From: an uncultured Acidimicrobiia bacterium
GTDB lineage: Bacteria > Acidobacteriota > Terriglobia > Versatilivoradales > Versatilivoraceae
DNA: 64,000 nucleotides
Reading direction: 5' to 3'
NCBI GenBank assembly: GCA_963786955.1
Contig: CAWBAT010000004.1
Location: 576,001 to 640,000 of the forward strand
Every line of letters starts with the position of its first letter. Within the stretch, counting starts at the first letter, position 1. Below, in pieces: positions 1 through 9,520 of the stretch. The notes below the pieces were generated by a model. That model did not search any database, had not been told where the DNA came from, and saw only the letters and a program-made list of their open reading frames with translations. The position numbers and the translations under genes are program-made.

Positions 1-350
1 TCTTTGGGCAGCGGTACAACGGGGTAGAAGAGCAGACGTCCTCTGGGATGAACTTGGATGAGTTCAGGCTGGAAAACAACGATCAATGCACCTTCGGGGA
101 AATCCGATGGGGGTGAAATCGCCAAGGCAGTCAGCCGTTCCTCAAGATCCGTCAGGTGTCGATGAAGTTCGCCTGCAATCATATCTGCGGCATGGTCCAG
201 CCGTTCTTGAATGCGCTGATTCTCAAGGGCGCGATCCTGCTCAAGCAGGCGCCAGCTCAGCCAGCCCAACACAGTTGCAGAGACAACTGTGACTGCCAGG
301 AAAAGCGCCAAAAGAGGACGAGGGGGACGAAGCCATTCACGGAGCTGCAT
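1..350 (-). CDS. N-terminal part of a membrane-anchored protein, probably a sensor histidine kinase; runs off the window edge and is absent from the ORF track
   Basis: Manual translation from ATG at 350 is open to the edge: MQLREWLRPPRPLLALFLAVTVVSATVLGWLSWRLLEQDRALENQRIQERLDHAAD... One TM helix followed by a coiled coil, typical of sensor kinase N-termini; the kinase domain is not visible. Confidence 0.6.
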   Translation of the reverse strand, partial: MQLREWLRPPRPLLALFLAVTVVSATVLGWLSWRLLEQDRALENQRIQERLDHAADMIAGELHRHLTDLEERLTALAISPPSDFPEGALIVVFQPELIQVHPRGRLLFYPVVPLPK

Positions 351-488
351 ACGGTTACACCTAAGACGATATCCACTAATTATAGTCTCAAGTGTCAGCG
401 ACGTATCATGGTTTTGTCAGCGTTGTGTCAGGGGACGGTGCATTTCCCGCGCACTTGAGGGCCGGCGGGAACTTTAATTCTCAATTCC

Positions 489-2252
489 CTACCCGACAGC
501 ATTTTGCTGCTGTTTGCTGAATTGCTGCAACCCTCGATATTTGAGAGCTTCGCATTCTCGAAAGACATAGCTCGGGCACTCCGCGCATCTCTCCACATCC
601 ATCCGAGAAATGGCAAAATCCAGGGCGGGACCAGTACGGGCAAAGACGTTTTCGTTTCCGATCAGCGCAAGCAGGCCTGTTGACTCCAAAACCTGCGCGG
701 GTTGGGGCTGAAGACCGCTGATCAATAATACAACCTTGTGTTTTTGACTATCTTCCAAAATGGAGCGCAGCGCTTTTTCTCCTGTCGCATCAATCACCGG
801 AACTTTGCCCATTCTCAGGATTAGTGATTTCATCGTGGGAATATGTTCTAAGGTTTCCTGCTCAAATTTTTGGGCCGCTCCGAAGAAGATTGCCCCTTCC
901 ACCGTCAGGATGGTGGTTTGAGGGCAATCGGCAGTTTTGTCATCAATGGCGCGAACCTTGCATTTCGGGTCGGAGGAATCCGGAAGCACCTTCTGAACCC
1001 GCTGGACGTCGCTCATCCGTTTGATAAAAAGAATTGCCGCCATCAACAGACCAAATTCAACCGCTACGGTCAAATCGGCAAAAACAGTCAGAAGCAAGGT
1101 AGTCACCAGCACGGCAATATCACTGCGAGTCCCTTTCAGGAGGTGAGCGATCTGATGGACCTCTGACATATTCCAGGCAACCACCATCAGGATTGGGGCC
1201 AGAGAAGCAAGCGGAATTCGGCCTGCCCACGGGGCAAATAACACCATGATGATCAGCAGGGTTGCCGCGTGCATGACTCCGGCAACAGGGCTATTACCAC
1301 CATTCCGGATATTGGTAACGGTTCGAGCGATGGCCCCTGTAGCTGGGATCCCGCTGAAGATCGGGGCAAGACAATTGGCGATGCCCTGTCCGATCAGTTC
1401 TTTATTGGAATCATGCCGCTCTCCGGTTTTCGAATCTGCCACGACGCACGATAATAAGCTTTCAATGGCGCCGAGGATCGCAATCGTAAAAGCTGGCTGG
1501 AGAACATGGAGAAAAGAAGTAAACGACAAGTCAGGGAATTTCGGCATAGGGAGCATTCTCGGGATGCCTCCAAACCGACTGCCAATGGTCTCAACATTCC
1601 ATCCCAACTCGTAAGCAATCACGCTGGCGGCGACCATGCCCACTAAGGAAGCTGGAACCCACTCCGTCAGGCGAGGGATGATGAGTACACATGCCAGCGA
1701 TATCAGAGCCGTCGCAACGGCATGGTGATTCAAATGCGGGGCATTGAGGACTGTCTCTAAGAAATTCAGATGGAAATGACTGTAACGAGCAATGCCAGTT
1801 AATCCCAGAAAACTGTTAATTTGTCCTGTGAAAATGAGAATGGCGATGCCGGCGGTAAAACCTGTCGTTACTGGAAAAGGAATGAAACGGATGATTGCGC
1901 CAGCGCGCAGGACCCCCATTGCAATGAGCATGAGACCTGCTAATAAGCCGGCCAGAAGCAAATTCTCTGTGCCATATTGAATGACGATCAAAGACAGGAT
2001 GGCGACCATTGCTCCGGTGGGACCGCCGACTTGGACTTTCGACCCACCAAAAATGGAGATAGCGGCGCCTGCGATGATTGCTGTAAAAAGCCCCTTCTCG
2101 GGGGTCACACCGCTGGCTATCGCAAAGGCCATGGCCAAAGGCAACGCAACAATTCCCACCAAGATCCCGGCAAATATATCTTTTTGCAGGCGGTTTGCGT
2201 TGTAGCCGGCCATTCGGCCGAAGCATTTCTCAAACATAAGGGGAAAGGACAA
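489..2252 (-). CDS. SulP/SLC26 family anion transporter with C-terminal STAS domain
   Basis: DIFAGILVGIVALPLAMAFAIASG, GPTGA, GAIESLLS, PATGAIART motifs and STAS region (GAIFFGAA, VPVIDATG). Start may be ATG 2237. Confidence 0.93.
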   Translation of the reverse strand: MSFPLMFEKCFGRMAGYNANRLQKDIFAGILVGIVALPLAMAFAIASGVTPEKGLFTAIIAGAAISIFGGSKVQVGGPTGAMVAILSLIVIQYGTENLLLAGLLAGLMLIAMGVLRAGAIIRFIPFPVTTGFTAGIAILIFTGQINSFLGLTGIARYSHFHLNFLETVLNAPHLNHHAVATALISLACVLIIPRLTEWVPASLVGMVAASVIAYELGWNVETIGSRFGGIPRMLPMPKFPDLSFTSFLHVLQPAFTIAILGAIESLLSCVVADSKTGERHDSNKELIGQGIANCLAPIFSGIPATGAIARTVTNIRNGGNSPVAGVMHAATLLIIMVLFAPWAGRIPLASLAPILMVVAWNMSEVHQIAHLLKGTRSDIAVLVTTLLLTVFADLTVAVEFGLLMAAILFIKRMSDVQRVQKVLPDSSDPKCKVRAIDDKTADCPQTTILTVEGAIFFGAAQKFEQETLEHIPTMKSLILRMGKVPVIDATGEKALRSILEDSQKHKVVLLISGLQPQPAQVLESTGLLALIGNENVFARTGPALDFAISRMDVERCAECPSYVFRECEALKYRGLQQFSKQQQNAVG

Positions 2253-2391
2253 GAGCAGAACGACAGGAGAGGCGTAGTCTACATGCAGGCTACCGGGGGA
2301 GTTTGGTTAAGTCCCCATTGAACTGGGCAAATCCACTCTCTCTGCAGCATTACTTGCCGTGAACTGCGGAATAAAATTTTTCTTCGATAGC

Positions 2392-4878
2392 CTAATAAAT
2401 ATCAAAGTGTTCTTGAGACAACAGGGGATCACTCTTGATCTCAACTTCTTTCTTCAAGACCGATTCAATTTCGTTAATGACAGAGATTTCGCTCGTCTTC
2501 AATGCTTTTGCCACTTCCGGGTTGACTCGGACCGTAATTTCTTTGTTCTGGAGTAACTTGCCCATCTTTTTGGCTTCGGTTTGAATTTCGTAACAGATCG
2601 TCTGAGTGGATTTGACCATTCCCAATCCCATACAACTCGGACAAGGTTCGCACAAAGTTCTCATAATGGATTGCTTGACACGTTTGCGAGTGATGGCAAC
2701 CAAACCGAAATCATTAAATTGCAGAACTTTTGAAGGCGACCGGTCAATCCTTAGAGCCTCCTCCAGAGTCTGCGTCACCTTAAGCCGGTTTTTTCTGTCA
2801 TCCATATCGATGAAGTCACAAACAATAATCCCCCCTAGGTCGCGCAACCGTATCTGACGCGCAATTTCTTTAGCCGCCTCAATATTCGTTTTGACAATCG
2901 TATCCTCAAGCTTGTTAGATTTTCCTACATACTTGCCTGTGTTGACATCGATGGCGACTAACGCCTCCGCTTGGTCAATCACGATATAGCCGCCAGATTT
3001 GAGCCATACTTTATTACGTAATGCCTTATCGATTTCGCTTTGAACACCAAACTCTTCAAAAATGGGTATGTCTTTGGCGTAGAGCTTGACTCGATTGACA
3101 AGAGAGGGTTGAAAGCGGTTGATGAATTCGACGATCGTGGCAAACTCCAATTCGTTATCGACACGAATGGTCGCAAAGTCAGACGAAAGCTGGTCACGAA
3201 GCAGTCGCTGCACCAGGTTTAAATCACGGTGAATGATGGTTCCGGCTTTCTTTTTTTCGGTACGTGTCTTGATTTCGGCCCAAAGTGCGTAAAGAAAATT
3301 GATGTCGGAGACGAATTCGTCTTCCCCTTTCCCCGCACCTGCCGTTCGCACAATGAACCCACCGGGGAGATCACTCCGCCGATGTTGCTGGATAATTCTC
3401 TTCAGCCGCTGTCTTTCCTCGTCCGATTCAATTTTTCGGGAAACCCCAATATGGTCTACAGTGGGCATATAGACCAGATAGCGACCAGGCAGGGCAATAT
3501 GGGAAGTGATTCGGGCGCCTTTCGTTCCCAAAGGTTCTTTAGCGATTTGAACCAAGATTTCCTGTCCTTCCTTCAACAGGTCGGCGATCAACGGGAAACG
3601 AGATTCGCTCTCCTCATTCCGCTGTTGCACTTGTGGACCCTCCTGTCGTCTTCGCCGCTCATTCGGGCGTCGAAAAAATTTCGAGGTGCCTGGGCGACTA
3701 CGGACTCCGGCCTTTGCAGGAAGCGCATTGCGTCGCGCCTCCCGAGAAGTTGCCGGTGCTGTCGTAAGATTTTCAGGAGTATCCGGATCCGAAGTGGAAG
3801 AGCTTTCTGCATTTGGAAATTCGGTTTCAGTTTTTTGCAATTCTACGGATTTATCAGAGTCAACCTGGGAGGGTTTCAATTGAGAAGGGATATGGGCCGC
3901 CCCCTCCAGAGCGATTTCTCGTGCTTCAACCAGATCTTCTTCGGTTGCCTCTACGGGAGGTGTTCCATCCATTTCAATTGAGCGCTCGCGGTCCTGCTCC
4001 AATGAAGGCGATTCATGGGCGGAGAACGGTACAACGTCGGGGAATCGCATCGGGAGCAATGTCGGCTGAGCCGTTTCTGATTCCTCAGAAGTAAGGCTAT
4101 CCTGCGACACCCCACCTTCTTCTCCGGGGGCATCAGCGGCGTATTCCAGAGAATCGATTTCGCTCCTGGTTAGTTCAGGCAAAGTCAAATCATCTTGTCG
4201 GGCTGCTGCTCCCCCCTGTTGAGTAGCACCGGGGATGCGGTCAGCTACAGACCCCAATTTGTCAGCGACGATATTCTCCCCCAGAGAGGTGTCCTCATCG
4301 CTACTCGAAGAAACATTCTGGTACTTTGCCAAAGATTCCCCCGGCAAAATTGAAATCACTGGTTCCGGTAATGGCTGAACAACAGCAATCTCCAGGGGTA
4401 CAGAAGCGGTCGCTTCCACCGGAGCCACCGGAACGGGGTTCTCATAATGTTTCCCGCGTAAGCGATTCCTTCTGGCTCGTCGTGAACGGCCTCGACGATC
4501 CGCATTCCGAAAAAAAGTTGATGGGGGGCCGACAACCTCGGGTGAAACAATGGGTGGGTGGGGAGTGGCAGTAGCTGGGGTTATTACCGGCTTAGTTAAA
4601 TCCGCTATTTTCTCTTCTGCAGTTGAGACCAGCTTGTCATACTCTTCAGTATCTTCAAAAAAATCAGAAACATATAAAAATGCATCTCTTTCTAGCCCAA
4701 TGTCGACAAATGCGGACTGCATCCCCGGAAGGACTTTCGTCACTCTACCTTTACAGATTGCTCCAACAATTCCGTGTTCCTTGTCCCTTTCGATGTGAAT
4801 TTCGACAACCTGATCGTTTTCGATAATTGCCGCTTTGGTTTCCTGGGGGGTAATCGAGATGATTAACTCTTTTGACAT
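2392..4878 (-). CDS. rne: Ribonuclease E/G family protein with a large insertion in the S1 domain
   Basis: GRVTKVLPGMQSAFVDIG, KEPLGTKGARIT, AIDVNTG, RLRDLGGIIVCDFIDM, Zn-link CPSCMG. rne versus rng is ambiguous because there is no C-terminal scaffold. Confidence 0.92.
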   Translation of the reverse strand: MSKELIISITPQETKAAIIENDQVVEIHIERDKEHGIVGAICKGRVTKVLPGMQSAFVDIGLERDAFLYVSDFFEDTEEYDKLVSTAEEKIADLTKPVITPATATPHPPIVSPEVVGPPSTFFRNADRRGRSRRARRNRLRGKHYENPVPVAPVEATASVPLEIAVVQPLPEPVISILPGESLAKYQNVSSSSDEDTSLGENIVADKLGSVADRIPGATQQGGAAARQDDLTLPELTRSEIDSLEYAADAPGEEGGVSQDSLTSEESETAQPTLLPMRFPDVVPFSAHESPSLEQDRERSIEMDGTPPVEATEEDLVEAREIALEGAAHIPSQLKPSQVDSDKSVELQKTETEFPNAESSSTSDPDTPENLTTAPATSREARRNALPAKAGVRSRPGTSKFFRRPNERRRRQEGPQVQQRNEESESRFPLIADLLKEGQEILVQIAKEPLGTKGARITSHIALPGRYLVYMPTVDHIGVSRKIESDEERQRLKRIIQQHRRSDLPGGFIVRTAGAGKGEDEFVSDINFLYALWAEIKTRTEKKKAGTIIHRDLNLVQRLLRDQLSSDFATIRVDNELEFATIVEFINRFQPSLVNRVKLYAKDIPIFEEFGVQSEIDKALRNKVWLKSGGYIVIDQAEALVAIDVNTGKYVGKSNKLEDTIVKTNIEAAKEIARQIRLRDLGGIIVCDFIDMDDRKNRLKVTQTLEEALRIDRSPSKVLQFNDFGLVAITRKRVKQSIMRTLCEPCPSCMGLGMVKSTQTICYEIQTEAKKMGKLLQNKEITVRVNPEVAKALKTSEISVINEIESVLKKEVEIKSDPLLSQEHFDIY

Positions 4879-5217
4879 TCAAAACTCCTCTATCCTGGAG
4901 CGCCGAGGAGCCAAGCAGTCGGGAAGGAATGAAACAATAAGTTGGACCAAGCAGGCCTTTCTTTTGGAGTGCCATAACGACTTGTCCAAGAAATGAAAAT
5001 TACACCGCTTTGTTGTTCACTGCCTTCCCCCCGGATGAAAAGACGACTCCGGAGGAACCGCTAGAGCTCTTGAGTGTTTCCAGAATTCTTGAAATATTTT
5101 GAGGCAGTGGCATCTAAAGCCTGCTGCCGTCATCCAAAAATGAATCTTTATGGTCTCCACGTTCCAAGACCATTCAAAGTGAAATTACTTCAATTCTTAT
5201 CGCAGGATTGAAAACGC

Positions 5218-6312
5218 TTAGTTCACATATCTTCTCATCCTGACGTTAATGATGAGACCCAAGAAAAGAAACGTTGAGAGAATCGCAGATCCTCCGTAAC
5301 TCAAAAGGGGCAGAGGGATTCCCGTGATTGGCATTAAGCCAACCACCATCCCCATGTTTTCCAGAATGTGGAAGAGCATCACACTGGTCCCCCCCACCGC
5401 AATATAGATCCCCAGTTTATCCCTTGCCGTCTGCGCAACATGAATCGAGCGCATGGTAATCAGAAAATACAAAAGCAGCATAGTCGCTGCGCCCACAAAA
5501 CCAAGTTCTTCTCCAACAACTGAAAAAATGAAATCGGTGTGGCGTTCGGGTAAGAATCCGAGTCTAGTTTGGCTTCCCTTTCCAATTCCCTTCCCCAAAA
5601 ATCCGCCCGAACCAAAGGCAATCTTTGACTGAATCGAATGATAGCCTGTTCCTTGGGGGTCTCTTTCGGGCTCCAAAAATGTATAAATCCGCTCCTTCTG
5701 ATAAACCTTTAAATTATACCACCCTAAGCCAATAACAATAACTGACAAAATAATGGCTCCCATGATCCATTTGGGACGAAGCCCGCCCAGAATAAGGCCA
5801 GATAGTAATATTGGGAAGAAAGTCAAGGCAGACCCAAGATCCGGCTGAAGAATGATAAGCAAGACCGGGAGCCCAAAAATGGCAGAGGCTTTTACGATCT
5901 CTTTTCCTGAGAGATATTCTGTTCGGATCTCACAAAGGAATCGGGCTAAAGCCAGAACAACAATGACCTTAACCATCTCCGAGGGTTGAAATTCAAACCC
6001 ACCTAGGGAGATCCAACTCTTACTCCCTGATATCTTTCGCCCAAACAGCAGGACCGACCATAGAGATAGGATTCCCGCGATATAGAAATAGGGGACATTC
6101 TCAGCCAGAGTGTGATAGTCAATACTCATTGCCAGGATCATCAGGACAAGACCGATGAGGATCCGGTAAACTTGCTTTAGATAGAAATTTTCCGCCCTGT
6201 CGTATTGAGTAGCGCTGTGAATCTCGACAACACCCACGAACGCGATGATAAGGGCCAGCAGGAAAATAAACCAATCAAAGTCTTTTAAATATAATGAGGT
6301 TTTTCCAAGCAT
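5218..6312 (-). CDS. rodA: Rod shape-determining SEDS glycosyltransferase RodA
   Basis: FQPSEMVK, LQPDLGSA, FLPERHTDFIF, GIPLPLLSYGGS; directly downstream of mrdA. Confidence 0.96.
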   Translation of the reverse strand: MLGKTSLYLKDFDWFIFLLALIIAFVGVVEIHSATQYDRAENFYLKQVYRILIGLVLMILAMSIDYHTLAENVPYFYIAGILSLWSVLLFGRKISGSKSWISLGGFEFQPSEMVKVIVVLALARFLCEIRTEYLSGKEIVKASAIFGLPVLLIILQPDLGSALTFFPILLSGLILGGLRPKWIMGAIILSVIVIGLGWYNLKVYQKERIYTFLEPERDPQGTGYHSIQSKIAFGSGGFLGKGIGKGSQTRLGFLPERHTDFIFSVVGEELGFVGAATMLLLYFLITMRSIHVAQTARDKLGIYIAVGGTSVMLFHILENMGMVVGLMPITGIPLPLLSYGGSAILSTFLFLGLIINVRMRRYVN

Positions 6313-6315
6313 GTC

Positions 6316-8172
6316 TCAATGAGGCTGGGCCAAACTGACTTGAATCTCGTCCTTCCCCCTATTTTTCTTATCGTAATAAACCTTAAAAATGTCATGCAAA
6401 ATGGGTGCTGCGGCCTCTCCGCCATGCCCCCCGTGCTCAACGAAAGCCGCTCCGGCAATTTCGGCGGAATGTACAGGGGCAAAGCCGACAAACCAGGCAT
6501 TGTCCTCAAACTCTTCCTTTTTATTTCCTAAGGAAGCCTGTGCCTCTTTTCCAATGACCTGGGCGGTCCCGGTTTTGCCACAGACATCAAAACCCGGGAT
6601 CATGGCTCTGCGCGCAGTACCCCATTCATTGACAACTCCCCAAAGCCCTTTGCTGACAATGTCAATCGTCTGCTCATCCAGTTCAAAGCGGCTTTCGGTG
6701 GATCGGTTTACAGTCTTGCCCCACTTTGCTAACTCCTCACTGGAAACCGTATGGGGGGTATGTAAGATACCACCCACTCCAAAGCCTCCAAACGCTCGAG
6801 CGGTCTGGATAAGGGTCAGTGCGACATATCCCTGTCCAATTGCCACGGAGATGGTTTCACCGAGGTACCAATCTGCCTTCAAAACTTTCTTTTTCCATTC
6901 CGGGGAAGGAATCAACCCGGTATCTTCTCCAGGCAAATCGATTCCCGTTTTCTGTCCCAAACCCATCTGAGTAGCATAGTAAGCGATCTTATCGATCCCC
7001 AATTTCTGCCCCACGTGGTAAAAGAATACATTGCAGGAGTTTACAATGGCTTCATGGAGGGCGACTCTGCCATGACCTCCCTTCTTCCAACAGTGGAATG
7101 GTCGACCATAGAGGACTGTCGATCCGGAGCAAGAATCAGAGTACTCTGGGGTCAAAATCCCTTCTCGAAGCCCCGCAATGGTCATGATTACCTTAAAGAC
7201 AGATCCCGGAGGGAATCGGCTTTGAATTGCCCGGTTTTGCATCGGCTTCTTTGGATCAGAAATGAGGTCATCCCATTCTGTCTTAGATATCCTTGAGGCA
7301 AAACTATTAGGGTCAAAGGCTGGCCGACTCACCAGGCATAGGATTTCTCCATTGCGAGGATCGAGAGCCACAGCAGATCCAGCTTTTTCCTGAAAAGCAT
7401 TCTCAGCGGCCCGTTGTATATCGAGATCAACCGTCAAACGCAGATCGTTTCCCGGAATGGGCTCGATGGTGTCAAGGAGCTTAACCTCACGACCACGACT
7501 GTCTACGATGACTCTTTTCTGCCCGTCGATTCCTGTTAGAATTTGATTGTAAACGCGTTCGACACCCGCCTTCCCGACAATGTCACCGAGTTTGCTGTAA
7601 CTGAATTCCTCCGTCCCGATTTGTTTTTCAGAGATTTCCCCCACGTACCCTAGTAAATGGGCCGCCAACTGGCCTTCCCGATAAAATCGTCTCGGCTGGC
7701 GCGTCACATCCAGGCCCGGAAACTCCAGTCGATGAGACTCGAGGAACGACAAATCTTCTATGGTCAGTCCTTCTTTAATGGTGATGGGAAGATAGCCGGG
7801 TTGGTGGCGGTGGCGATCAATTTGAGTCTTAAAAAAACCAATGTCCAGTTTTAAGCCGGAGGCCAGTAACTCAAGGGAACCTTCAATGCCAGGAAGGTTT
7901 TCACGGGTAAGAGACACGGTAAACGAAGGGCGGTTATCGACAATAATCTGACCGTTCCGGTCGATGATCTTGCCTCGAGGAGCCGTCAGAGTGATGGAAC
8001 GAACCTGGTTCTTCTCAGCCTGTTCCTTGTAGTACTTGCTTTTGAGAATCTGCAAATTCCAGATCCCAAGAAACAGGAACACAAAAACAGCAATGGCCGA
8101 ATACTGAATAAAAGGTAATCGACCCAATACAAATTTCTTGTCTTCGTAAAAATCCTTGAGTCCCATATTCAA
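6316..8172 (-). CDS. mrdA: Penicillin-binding protein 2
   Basis: APRGKIIDRNG, PPGSVFK (SxxK), SCN (SxN), GKTGTAQ; within the mre cluster. Confidence 0.96.
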   Translation of the reverse strand: MNMGLKDFYEDKKFVLGRLPFIQYSAIAVFVFLFLGIWNLQILKSKYYKEQAEKNQVRSITLTAPRGKIIDRNGQIIVDNRPSFTVSLTRENLPGIEGSLELLASGLKLDIGFFKTQIDRHRHQPGYLPITIKEGLTIEDLSFLESHRLEFPGLDVTRQPRRFYREGQLAAHLLGYVGEISEKQIGTEEFSYSKLGDIVGKAGVERVYNQILTGIDGQKRVIVDSRGREVKLLDTIEPIPGNDLRLTVDLDIQRAAENAFQEKAGSAVALDPRNGEILCLVSRPAFDPNSFASRISKTEWDDLISDPKKPMQNRAIQSRFPPGSVFKVIMTIAGLREGILTPEYSDSCSGSTVLYGRPFHCWKKGGHGRVALHEAIVNSCNVFFYHVGQKLGIDKIAYYATQMGLGQKTGIDLPGEDTGLIPSPEWKKKVLKADWYLGETISVAIGQGYVALTLIQTARAFGGFGVGGILHTPHTVSSEELAKWGKTVNRSTESRFELDEQTIDIVSKGLWGVVNEWGTARRAMIPGFDVCGKTGTAQVIGKEAQASLGNKKEEFEDNAWFVGFAPVHSAEIAGAAFVEHGGHGGEAAAPILHDIFKVYYDKKNRGKDEIQVSLAQPH

Positions 8173-8657
8173 TCATTCTTAGCTCGGAAGAGCTTATCTA
8201 GCAAGTAAAACATCAGAAGTCCGATGCAGGCATTAAGCAAACTGCTCCATAAGAGCCGCTGCCAGTAAAAGATTTCACTCCGATCTAAGAACAATATTCT
8301 CAATACCAGCACCAGTAGAGAGCAGAGAAGGGAGCACCCAAAAAGCATAATCCATCGAGTCACCACCCGATCAACGGCGATGAAAACATTGGCCAGATAG
8401 GCCACGAATCCGACAGAAATTTTGGCAAAACCATTTACCCCGGGCAAGCCCGGGGAAAAACTGTCCTGAAGGAAGCCGACCGCGGTTCCAGAAATCACCA
8501 TCCAAACCAAGCTTTCTTCCGCCAAGGTCAAATAGAGGACGGCAAACAAAGGAAAGTCCAAATACAAAAATGGGAAATAGCGGTTTGCCAGAACTTGAGC
8601 AAAAACAGATGTCACAAGAAGAACCAATATTTGTACAATTCGAATAAAACTTGACAT
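8169..8657 (-). CDS. mreD: Rod shape-determining protein MreD
   Basis: 162-aa hydrophobic protein with GFLQDSFS motif between mreC and mrdA. Confidence 0.85.
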   Translation of the reverse strand: MSSFIRIVQILVLLVTSVFAQVLANRYFPFLYLDFPLFAVLYLTLAEESLVWMVISGTAVGFLQDSFSPGLPGVNGFAKISVGFVAYLANVFIAVDRVVTRWIMLFGCSLLCSLLVLVLRILFLDRSEIFYWQRLLWSSLLNACIGLLMFYLLDKLFRAKND

Positions 8658-8663
8658 CTATCC

Positions 8664-9479
8664 TTATGACTCCCTCTTGAGGATCAGGACTTCCTCAAGC
8701 TTCAAGACGTTGGCAGAAACATTGACGTCGATTTTCTGAAAAAGCTGTTTGGTGGCGGAAGAGCCGATGACGTAGCCCACAAGCAACCCTTTGGGGTAGA
8801 TCTGATCCAATCCCGAGGTCAGGACTTTTTCTCCGACAACAACCTTCTCATTGGAACCAATGTACTCCACATAAGCTTGCCGGTTTCCTTCGCCTTTCAG
8901 TACTCCTTGAGCCCGGCTATTCTCCAAGAGAACCCCAACTCCGCTGTCGAAATCGGTGATCAGCTGCAAAACAGAAGCATTCCGGGAGACCTGCACGATA
9001 CGACCGACAACGCCTTCTGCATTGATCGCGGCATTGTCCTTCGCTACCCCTGCATCGGATCCTTGATCGAGGATTCGTGAGCTGTACCATTGCATGGCAG
9101 CGCCACCGATGACTTTTGCCCGAACATTGGGTATTACCAGACTGTCCTGCAGTTCCTTGAGCGTCTTCAAGCGATCGAACTCCTTGATCCGCTCCTCATA
9201 GGCAATAATGGTTCTTCGGTAGTCCGACACTTGGTTCTTCAGTTGCTGGTTTTCTTGGTAGGTATTTAGCAGGTTGATATAACCCTTCCATACTTTCGAC
9301 ACAGAGGAGATGCCGCCTACGGCCCCCTTCAGAAAAGGGGCAACAACCTCAAGGGCAAATCCTCGCAGTAGTGGCGTCTCTTTGGCTTGGGTCAAACGGG
9401 TGGAAAGCAAGAGGAGATGGGCGAAGAGGACAGCGGCGAGGAAAATAAGTTCCGTACGTGATTTGAAAAACTGCTTCAT
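8664..9479 (-). CDS. mreC: Rod shape-determining protein MreC
   Basis: TM, coiled coil, GVVGRIV, VLTSGLDQIYPKGL. Confidence 0.95.
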   Translation of the reverse strand: MKQFFKSRTELIFLAAVLFAHLLLLSTRLTQAKETPLLRGFALEVVAPFLKGAVGGISSVSKVWKGYINLLNTYQENQQLKNQVSDYRRTIIAYEERIKEFDRLKTLKELQDSLVIPNVRAKVIGGAAMQWYSSRILDQGSDAGVAKDNAAINAEGVVGRIVQVSRNASVLQLITDFDSGVGVLLENSRAQGVLKGEGNRQAYVEYIGSNEKVVVGEKVLTSGLDQIYPKGLLVGYVIGSSATKQLFQKIDVNVSANVLKLEEVLILKRES

Positions 9480-9520
9480 GGGAAATAGTTCCAGCCTGTA
9501 AACCCACCGCGACCATCTGA

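Noticed and set aside
86-477. Short plus-strand ORFs at the window start
   Set aside because: The minus-strand frame ending at 350 gives a far more protein-like TM plus coiled-coil sequence.
2253-2391. Fluoride or other riboswitch upstream of sulP
   Set aside because: No recognisable aptamer consensus.
3229-3981. 250-aa plus-strand ORF within rne
   Set aside because: Antisense shadow of a well-supported gene.
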